From Candidatus Saccharimonadota bacterium (GTDB lineage: Bacteria; Patescibacteriota; Patescibacteriia; 2-12-FULL-60-25), in NCBI GenBank assembly GCA_016699205.1, contig CP064964.1:90001-122000 (forward strand): a stretch of 32,000 bases of DNA, given 5' to 3'. Positions 8,063 to 15,139 of the stretch are shown here, piece by piece (position 1 is the stretch's first letter; each line of letters begins with the position of its first letter). Both the position numbers and the translations under genes were made by a program. The notes beneath the pieces were generated by a model. That model was not told the origin of the DNA. It searched no databases and saw nothing but the letters and a program-made list of their open reading frames with translations.

Positions 8063-8067
8063 TCGCC

Positions 8068-8637
8068 TTACACTCCGTTCCACGCATTCATCGTCTTTGT
8101 CAAGCCTTGGGAGATCCAATCGTTCATGGCTTGATTAAGTTTTTTTGTTTGCGCTTTCAGTAACTTCTTTTCTGCGGCAGAAAATTTACCTAAAACGTAA
8201 TCTTCTTTTGCCATGTGACGATCTGGTTTACTAACGCCAATACGGAGACGTGCGATATCGCGTGAACCGAGGCTTTGCTGAATCGACAAAATACCGTTAT
8301 GACCAGCAGGTCCGGAACCGGTTGAGAATTTGAATGATCCAACATCAAAATCCATTTCATCTTGAACGACGAGAATATCGGCGTTGTCCATTTTGAAATA
8401 GGATTTGAACATTTGTACCGAGTTGCCGGAAAGATTCATGAAGGTCAGCGGACGAGCGAATAGAATCTTTTTACCGTCGATATTGGCTTCTGCGACCTCG
8501 GCATGAAAGGCTGCTTTTTTGGAGAATGGCGTTGCGCCCACGCTTTCTGCGAACGCTGTAATAGCGTCCCAGCCAATGTTATGGCGGGTTCCGTCGTATT
8601 CCTTGCCAGGGTTCCCGAGACCGACGATGAGTTTCAT
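8068..8637 (-). CDS. pth: peptidyl-tRNA hydrolase
   Basis: 189 aa with MKLIVGLGNPGKEYDGTRHNIGW and GHNG motifs. TATCAT lies 7 nt upstream of the ATG. Confidence 0.95.
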   Translation of the reverse strand: MKLIVGLGNPGKEYDGTRHNIGWDAITAFAESVGATPFSKKAAFHAEVAEANIDGKKILFARPLTFMNLSGNSVQMFKSYFKMDNADILVVQDEMDFDVGSFKFSTGSGPAGHNGILSIQQSLGSRDIARLRIGVSKPDRHMAKEDYVLGKFSAAEKKLLKAQTKKLNQAMNDWISQGLTKTMNAWNGV

Positions 8638-8668
8638 GTGGGTAATGATATGCTATTCTGTCATAGAT

Positions 8669-9094
8669 ATGCAAAAGAATCATGATGCGGATCGATATTG
8701 GCTCGTGACTTTTGGTTACTGTTTCTCAGCTGCATTCATTTTTAATCTTGTTTTAGCTGTTATCTTTTCTCAATCGGGTTCATTTGATTTTGGAGGTGAC
8801 TTATTATTAATTTTTGTTGGCATCCCTTTATTTATTGCAATTGCTACTGTGATGATTGATGAGGCGAGATCAAAGGTCCGACCTGCGAACGTGTCTAAAA
8901 AAAGACATTGGGTCAAAATACTTATTTTCATTCTCCTCTCACAGGTCATTTCGTATGTGCCCTACACACTTCTTCGCAATACTTTAGAATGGTACTCATA
9001 CGATAGCCGGTCTCCTGAGGGGAACGCGAAGCGCTTGAACGCACAAGAGAATCGTAACCCTTATATACAAGGTGGATCTGTGTACATCAAATAA
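8669..9094 (+). CDS. hypothetical small membrane protein (about 3 TM segments)
   Basis: I placed the start at ATG 8669 (TGcTATTCT lies 9 nt upstream); the longer ORF from 8519 would overlap pth. Hydrophobic stretches include YWLVTFGYCFSAAFIFNLVLAVIF, LLLIFVGIPLFIAIATVMI and WVKILIFILLSQVISYV. Confidence 0.55.
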   Translation: MQKNHDADRYWLVTFGYCFSAAFIFNLVLAVIFSQSGSFDFGGDLLLIFVGIPLFIAIATVMIDEARSKVRPANVSKKRHWVKILIFILLSQVISYVPYTLLRNTLEWYSYDSRSPEGNAKRLNAQENRNPYIQGGSVYIK

Positions 9095-9123
9095 CAAAAT
9101 TCCCGCCAAAGCGGGAATTTTGT
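9094..9123. terminator. bidirectional rho-independent terminator
   Basis: A 13-bp perfect stem ACAAAATTCCCGC / GCGGGAATTTTGT with loop CAAA. It lies between the convergent membrane-protein gene and the repaired end of der. Confidence 0.75.
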
Positions 9124-9125
9124 GC

Positions 9126-10609
9126 TTAGTAGCGGCGACCACCGTGCTTCTGACGGCGCATGGTCTGGTTGACGAGCTTTTTTCTTTGTGGCGGACTTTT
9201 CCGACGACGGCTTCCATACCTGGACCGTTTACGTTGCGTTTCTTTTCCGTCTTGGCCATCGGCAAGTGGCGGACTTTGACGCGGATCGGGGTACCGGTGA
9301 AGGAGAATTTATCGCGTAAGCGCTTTTGGAAGAACTTGAGCCAGTTATTGTGCAAGTTGTCCTTGTCACCGTGTACCGTGACCAGGAAGGTCGGCGGTGC
9401 GTGGCCAGTTTGGGCGACGTCGTAAATACGAGGGGATTTTGGACCGTAGCTGGCAAGCGGCTTCATCTTTTGAATACACCACTTGAGTACGCGGTTTACG
9501 GCGTTATAGTCGATGTGACGCATGCGTTCCTCTTGAACCTTTACAGCCATCTCGATGAGTTTTCCGGCGCGCAAATCTTCCTTAGCACTCACAAAGACCA
9601 TCGGAGCCCAGGAAAGGAATGGGAAAAGCTGACGAATCAGCATTTCATATTCATTGGTAGAACCCGTGTCTTTGTTCTGAACTAAATCCCATTTGTTAGC
9701 GACCAGAATCAAACCTTTGCTCGATTCCTCCAACATGCCAGCCAAGTGGCGATCCTAAGCAGAAGGATCGACGGTTGCATCAAAGACGAGCAAGGCAACA
9801 TCGGCGGCTTCAACAGCTTGGCGATTACGTTCGATCGCTGCTTCTTCAATTCCTTTTTCTACGCGCGAACGCTTGCGCATACCAGCGGTATCAACAATCA
9901 CGACTTCCTGTCCGTTGTATTTCAAATGCGTGTCCTGAGGTTCACGCGTGGTGTGGGGGATCGGGGATACGATGGAGCGCTCCTCGCCAACGATGGCGTT
10001 TACGAGAGAGGACTTTCCGACGTTCGGGCGGCCGACAAGCGTGATGCGGAGCGGGCGGGCTTCCGGAATAACCTGCGGCGGCTTACCGATGCGGTTGAGT
10101 TCGATAAACAATTCGTCGAGCAAATCTCCAGAGCCGAGAGAAGTAGCTGCGCTGACGATGTGTGGGACGCCAAATCCGAGGGCTTGCCACTCTTTAGCCA
10201 TGCCGTCGTTGAATTCACGAAGCGTATCGACCTTGTTGGCCACGAGCCAGACATTCTTGTGAAGCTTGCGTACGTGGCGAGCGAGATCGAGATCCTGCGG
10301 CATGATTCCGGTACGAGCATCGACCACAAAGAGAACGACGTCTGCTTCTTTGATGGCTTTCTCGGCTTGTTTGCGGATACCTTCGCCGATCACATCTTTC
10401 TCCGTATCCATTCCACCGGTGTCGACCATTTCAAAAGAAGCTCCGTTCCAAATAACGGGAGCGTAGTTGCGGTCGCGGGTTGTGTGCGGACTGGCGCTGA
10501 CGATGGCACGGCCGGACTCAGTCAAGCGATTCCACAACGTGGATTTACCGACATTCGTACGTCCTACCAAGGCTACACGCGGCAAGTCACGGCCGAGTTT
10601 GTGTCGCAT
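9126..10609 (-). pseudogene. der: ribosome-associated GTPase Der (EngA), disrupted as assembled (in-frame TAG at 9755-9757; frameshift at T6 run 9178-9183)
   Basis: There are two tandem GTPase domains (GRTNVGKST...DTGG...NKVD and GRPNVGKSS...DTAG...NKWD) plus a KH-like domain, split into ORFs 9755..10609 and 8996..9745 in the same frame. The assembled C-terminus reads through the terminator. Adding one base to the run gives ...GKVRHKEKKLVNQTMRRQKHGGRRY and TAA at 9126-9128, just ahead of the hairpin. Confidence 0.9.
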
Positions 10610-12074
10610 ACGGATTGGCTACCAGCGCATAGGAGCTCTCGCCGAGAAGGACGAGGAAATCCGTATCTTCATTAATGATGACTTCCTGGGTGGAAGCGGC
10701 CGTGTAGACGGCGCGTCGCTTGATTCCGTCGGAACCGACCGTGGTCGTAACCGAGGAAAGCGATACATCAGCAGCGAGCTGGCGGCGCAATTTGGCTAGT
10801 TCATCGGATTTTTTGCCATCTGTCAAGTCTACCAGGAGGGTCCGGGTGTAGTTGCGTCGGTTGGCATTGCCCATGTTTTGGGCAGAAAAGCCCTCTAAGT
10901 TGAGGTTATTGCTGATTTGGAAGGCTAAACCAGTGTGTAGAGTACCGTTTTTCACCTCGACTTTGGAGAGCGCTGGGGCGTCTTTAGCGCGCTCTTCATC
11001 GCTAGCAAAGGGGTCTTTGACGAGGGATTTGATGCGGGTCCAGTCATTACCGCGAGGGAAGAGGAGGACGTTGCCGTTCAGGTTGGCAGCGACGAGTTCA
11101 CCATCTTCCGCATCGGTAAGAACATGAAAGGTCATGTTCTCGGTAGAGAAGTCCTGGAGTAGCGGAGCTAATTTAATAGCGTCCCAAGGAGAGAGGTCGG
11201 ATTGGAGATGGCTCGTGATCGCTTGGTAGAGCTTGGCGAGTTTGCCTGGATCGCCGAGTGTATTGAGTGACAAAAGCTTTTGACGAACGGCGATCATCAC
11301 TAATTGCTGACGGCGAGCGCGAGCAAAGTCGCCGCCCTCGCCGTTGGAGCCGTGACGTGATCGAACGTAAATAAGCGCCGTCTTACCGTCCATGACTTGC
11401 GGACCCTTTCTAAACGAAACGGTTTGCCACTTTTCATCCGTTGTCGGGTACTCGCTATCCGTGAAGGAACGCTCTACATCGATATTGATACCGCCGATGG
11501 CGTCGATAAAGGCTGCGAAGCCGCGGAAATCGATACGGACAACGTGATCGATGTTAACACCGAGGAAATCAGAAAATTTGCGAGCGGTACGGATAGCGCC
11601 TTCACCTGGATGATCTTGTTCTTCCCAAGCGTGAACGGCGTTGATCTTTTCAAATGTTCCGTTGCCACGCGGATAAGCCATGTCGCGAGGGATAGAGACA
11701 ATGCCGACTTCTTTACTGTCGAGATCGACGGTGGCGAGCATGATGCTGTCTGTCAAAAGCGAACCATCATGACCGGCGCCGCCGATGCCGAGCACGAGAA
11801 CGCGCATGAGATTTGGCTCGTTGTCTGCTTGTCCGGTGATGGTGCCGACTTCTGCAGGGGAATCACCAAAGACGAGCTGACGGACATCGCTAATCACCGG
11901 AAGGTTGCCGAATTCCGTGAAGACCGACGTGCCGCGCTCAGCTGAGCGATAGGAAGCAGCGGCGCCAGCAAAAGAAATAAGCGCAACAAATAGCGTAAAA
12001 ACGCCGGCCAGCGCAAGCGTTTTGCGGCGGGCAACGGCGTCATGATCGACGTTCAAAAAATTCACGGACGACAT
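10587..12074 (-). CDS. LytR/CpsA/Psr (LCP) family cell-envelope protein
   Basis: 495 aa with an N-terminal TM anchor. The LCP core reads VLVLGIGGAGHDGSLLTDSIMLATVDL...VSIPRDMAYP...FEKINAVHAW...IDHVVRIDFRGFAAFIDAIGGINIDV, followed by a C-terminal extension. The 3' end overlaps the der start by 23 nt. Confidence 0.85.
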   Translation of the reverse strand: MSSVNFLNVDHDAVARRKTLALAGVFTLFVALISFAGAAASYRSAERGTSVFTEFGNLPVISDVRQLVFGDSPAEVGTITGQADNEPNLMRVLVLGIGGAGHDGSLLTDSIMLATVDLDSKEVGIVSIPRDMAYPRGNGTFEKINAVHAWEEQDHPGEGAIRTARKFSDFLGVNIDHVVRIDFRGFAAFIDAIGGINIDVERSFTDSEYPTTDEKWQTVSFRKGPQVMDGKTALIYVRSRHGSNGEGGDFARARRQQLVMIAVRQKLLSLNTLGDPGKLAKLYQAITSHLQSDLSPWDAIKLAPLLQDFSTENMTFHVLTDAEDGELVAANLNGNVLLFPRGNDWTRIKSLVKDPFASDEERAKDAPALSKVEVKNGTLHTGLAFQISNNLNLEGFSAQNMGNANRRNYTRTLLVDLTDGKKSDELAKLRRQLAADVSLSSVTTTVGSDGIKRRAVYTAASTQEVIINEDTDFLVLLGESSYALVANPYATQTRP

Positions 12075-12178
12075 GTCGTGTAGAAAGCAAAATCGTTTTT
12101 GAGATTAACACAATTTATGACAGAGAGCAAAGAGCATGGAGCATCCAGCCTCTGGGGGTAAATACACTTCACCCGGGC

Positions 12179-12209
12179 ATGTTCTGTGCTTAATGTTCTA
12201 TGTTATACT
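12179..12209 (+). promoter_or_regulatory. direct-repeat promoter module of the T4SS-like operon
   Basis: ATGTTCTGTGC-tta-ATGTTCTATGT-TATACT, with the ATG at 12221 11 nt downstream. The TGt before TATACT forms an extended -10. It is 25 of 31 identical to the minus-strand module at 29078-29108. Confidence 0.5.
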
Positions 12210-12220
12210 GTTAGCGATTT

Positions 12221-15133
12221 ATGTCTTTGCGTTCATTGGCCGCTTGGAAAAAGCCTCTTGTTGTTAGTTTGCTGTTTTTTCTGATCGGTACAAATCTCTT
12301 AACGATGTTTGCGCCCACCGCGCATGCGCAAGACGGGGGTCGAGCCGCAGATGCCGCTGCTGCATTAATCGGTTCTGAAGCAAGACCAAGTGACAGTGCA
12401 GCGATTCGGATGGCGAGCGAGGCTGCTGCTTCTTCATCGGCTGTAAGTACGAGCGATGCTTGTACCGGCAGCGGTGTATTTGGTCCATTTTTAGGGTTTA
12501 TCTGTAGCGGCATGACACTGGTTCTTGGGCTTATTGTTGAACTACTTGGCAAGCTTGTTACATTGATTTTGTCCATTCTTCTCGCCTTCGCAAAATACAA
12601 TGCATTCGCGAGCGCGGCTCCGGTACAAGTTGGTTGGCCGATCGTGAGAGACATCTGCAACATGTTTTTCATCATCGTCCTTTTGGTTTCCGCTTTTGCG
12701 ACGATCATCGATCAAGCACAGAGTGATTTGCATTACACCAAGGTATTACCAAGGCTTCTGGCGATGGCTGTGTTGATCAACTTTTCAAAAACGCTCATCC
12801 AGCTGCTGATTGATTTTTCGCAGGTCGTGATGCTCACGTTTGTAAATGCGTTTGCCGCTTCGGCGAGCGGTAACTTTGTTAATGCTCTCGGATTGACGAC
12901 GATCATGCAGCTCGACACATCAGTTCCAGCAGGCACGGCAAACATGGCAAATATCATCATCTCGTACATGCTGGCGATTTTCATGCTTGGCATCATGATC
13001 TCGGTTGTCAGTCTTCTGACGAGATTCCTTATTTTCCGTATTGTCGGCCTTTGGATCGCACTTATTTTTTCACCTCTTGCTTTCTTTGTTACGGCGGTTC
13101 CAGGACGTTTGGCAAAGGGTCTCGGCAGTATTGCGAGCGATTATTGGGGTCGATTGGGCAGCTTGTTGAGCGGAGGACCGATTATTGCTTTCTTTTTGTG
13201 GCTTACGCTCGCCATTGTTCAGCAGGCGAACTCTGGAGCAGCAGGACAAGGACTTTCTCAGGTTTTGGACTTTGAAGTTGAGGGACCCGTGCAAGTTTTT
13301 TTGACTTCTATCGGTAATGCGCAGTCGATCGCGTCGTTCGTTGTCGGTATCACCTTGTTGATGATGGGCTTGGATCAGGCCGTGAAAACATCCGGACAAA
13401 TCAGCAGTACGTTGGGCGCTTTTGCTAGTAAGGCGAAGAGCGCAGGTACGTCGCTGGGTCGATTGGGTGCGTTGGCGCCGTTTTTGGCGGCTGGGTATGG
13501 AGCTCGTGCAGGAGCGCGAGCTGTTGATCAACGCTTTGATGTCACGAGACGTGCTTCAGCGCTTGGTCTTAAGACCGTTGGACGTGTTCCAGGTGTCGGG
13601 TCCGCTGTACGTCCGACGTTGGCGCGCGGTCTTACGATGCGAAGAGAAGAAGCTGCTGCTCAGGCTGCTCAGGAAGCCAAATTGGTTGGAAATGTTGCCA
13701 AGTTTGGTACTGATCAAGAACAGAAGATGGTCGGAAAGACTTACAGTATGAGCGGAAGCGCGTTCCGTACTCTTGGAGCTAGATCCGGCTCGATGAAAGT
13801 CGCCGAGATTTTGGCCACCGACAAGATTCGCGATCGCGAGATCAAGAAAAATGAAGAGAGCTATGTTGACCGCTTGAAGGCCTCCGGTATGTCGGAAGCT
13901 GAGGCGAAGAATGGCAGCAAGGTTTTGGCTGAGAAGGATGCTTATCGCGAACAGATGGGCTTTATTCAAAATCAGATCGAGTTGGCACGCGGACTTGGCG
14001 ACTTGGACAAGGTCGAAGATCTTGAGAAGGCGATTCGTATCAATCCATACATGGCTTCCGATAAAGACCGCCAGTCGCAGATTGATAAGCTCGCTACCGA
14101 TCCAGAGAAGTACAAGGATATTAATAAACAGGATGCGATGAGTGGAGATCTCTTAACTGGATTCATGCAGAAGCATGGATGGGAAACCAATGCAGCAGGG
14201 GAGCTCGCCATCAAAGACACGGCTGCTTATGACCGTTTGAAGGAATCTGTTCAGAAGTCTGGCAATAAGTCGCTTCTTGAAGGCTTGGAGGCACATGAGA
14301 CGTTTGTTGTTAATTCACCAGGGCTTAAAACATCAGAAGCCACACAGTTACAGCATCGCAAGAATTCAGCAGATGGCATGATTCAATCATTCAGTGTAGC
14401 CAGAGAAAATGGAGAGTGGCAGAAGGATTCGTCTGGTAATTTGAAAGCTGGAACACGTGTTCAAACAAAAAACTATACAAAGTCCCTTGCAGATCTTGAA
14501 TCAGCAACAGCAGCCCGTAAAAGCTCAGGTGATACTGTGCCTCGTGATGTTATACCGCAAAACAATATTGCAAATGCAAAGCTTGCCGATTCATTTATCT
14601 CAAACAATGGCACGCTGACGGACTATCTAGCTAAAGCAAAGAGTAGCGATGTCGATACTCTGCCTATTCAGACTATCCAGTATCAAGTTTTCAATGGAGC
14701 GGAATCTGGTATCGCTGCGCTGAATACCGGTGACTCAATCAAGGCAAATGAGACATTGAAACCCGTTAGTAGAATTCTCGCGCAGATTGATCAACAAGGT
14801 ATTTCAGACACGATGCAATCGGATATTATCGAGTCGTTCTCGACTGGCCTTAGGGACGTTTCAGGAAAGATCAATACTTCATTTGTAAGAAATATCGATA
14901 AACTGACACCACAGATTCGAGATTCCTTGGTGAAAACATTAGAAACCGCTAAGAAACGTGCGGACGACATACTTCAGAATGTCGCTAAAGATAAGATGAC
15001 GGAAGCACAGAAGGAAGTTGTTGCATTTTCAGATGCTGTTTCTAAGGAAATTGATATCAATCGCAAGAACATCAACTCACGCATTCTCAATGCCTATCGC
15101 CCAGGTCGCGATCGAGCTAGCGGAAATACATAA
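12221..15133 (+). CDS. VirB6/TrbL-like polytopic membrane protein with signal peptide and a ~550-aa hydrophilic C-terminal extension
   Basis: 970 aa. The signal peptide reads MSLRSLAAWKKPLVVSLLFFLIGTNLLTMFAPTAHA-QD. About 7-8 hydrophobic helices fall between residues ~80 and 390, in a TrbL/VirB6-like arrangement, followed by a long charged tail. It is the first gene of a cluster that contains VirB4 and PrgI-like genes. Confidence 0.7.
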   Translation: MSLRSLAAWKKPLVVSLLFFLIGTNLLTMFAPTAHAQDGGRAADAAAALIGSEARPSDSAAIRMASEAAASSSAVSTSDACTGSGVFGPFLGFICSGMTLVLGLIVELLGKLVTLILSILLAFAKYNAFASAAPVQVGWPIVRDICNMFFIIVLLVSAFATIIDQAQSDLHYTKVLPRLLAMAVLINFSKTLIQLLIDFSQVVMLTFVNAFAASASGNFVNALGLTTIMQLDTSVPAGTANMANIIISYMLAIFMLGIMISVVSLLTRFLIFRIVGLWIALIFSPLAFFVTAVPGRLAKGLGSIASDYWGRLGSLLSGGPIIAFFLWLTLAIVQQANSGAAGQGLSQVLDFEVEGPVQVFLTSIGNAQSIASFVVGITLLMMGLDQAVKTSGQISSTLGAFASKAKSAGTSLGRLGALAPFLAAGYGARAGARAVDQRFDVTRRASALGLKTVGRVPGVGSAVRPTLARGLTMRREEAAAQAAQEAKLVGNVAKFGTDQEQKMVGKTYSMSGSAFRTLGARSGSMKVAEILATDKIRDREIKKNEESYVDRLKASGMSEAEAKNGSKVLAEKDAYREQMGFIQNQIELARGLGDLDKVEDLEKAIRINPYMASDKDRQSQIDKLATDPEKYKDINKQDAMSGDLLTGFMQKHGWETNAAGELAIKDTAAYDRLKESVQKSGNKSLLEGLEAHETFVVNSPGLKTSEATQLQHRKNSADGMIQSFSVARENGEWQKDSSGNLKAGTRVQTKNYTKSLADLESATAARKSSGDTVPRDVIPQNNIANAKLADSFISNNGTLTDYLAKAKSSDVDTLPIQTIQYQVFNGAESGIAALNTGDSIKANETLKPVSRILAQIDQQGISDTMQSDIIESFSTGLRDVSGKINTSFVRNIDKLTPQIRDSLVKTLETAKKRADDILQNVAKDKMTEAQKEVVAFSDAVSKEIDINRKNINSRILNAYRPGRDRASGNT

Positions 15134-15139
15134 TCATCT

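Noticed and set aside
9755-9757. TAG reassigned to glutamine (alternative genetic code).
   Set aside because: TAG terminates topA, virB4, bcp and the 523-aa ORF at positions followed by terminators or the next gene. No tRNA with a CUA anticodon is seen, and there is only a single occurrence.
9746-10675. A 309-aa plus-strand ORF.
   Set aside because: It lies entirely antisense to der, which has unmistakable GTPase motifs. It has no recognisable motifs and an Arg/Gly/Asp-rich shadow-frame composition.
12211-12708. A 165-aa minus-strand ORF at the start of the T4SS-like operon.
   Set aside because: It is antisense to the signal peptide and first TM helices of the VirB6-like gene, has no upstream promoter-like signal, and is a shadow ORF.
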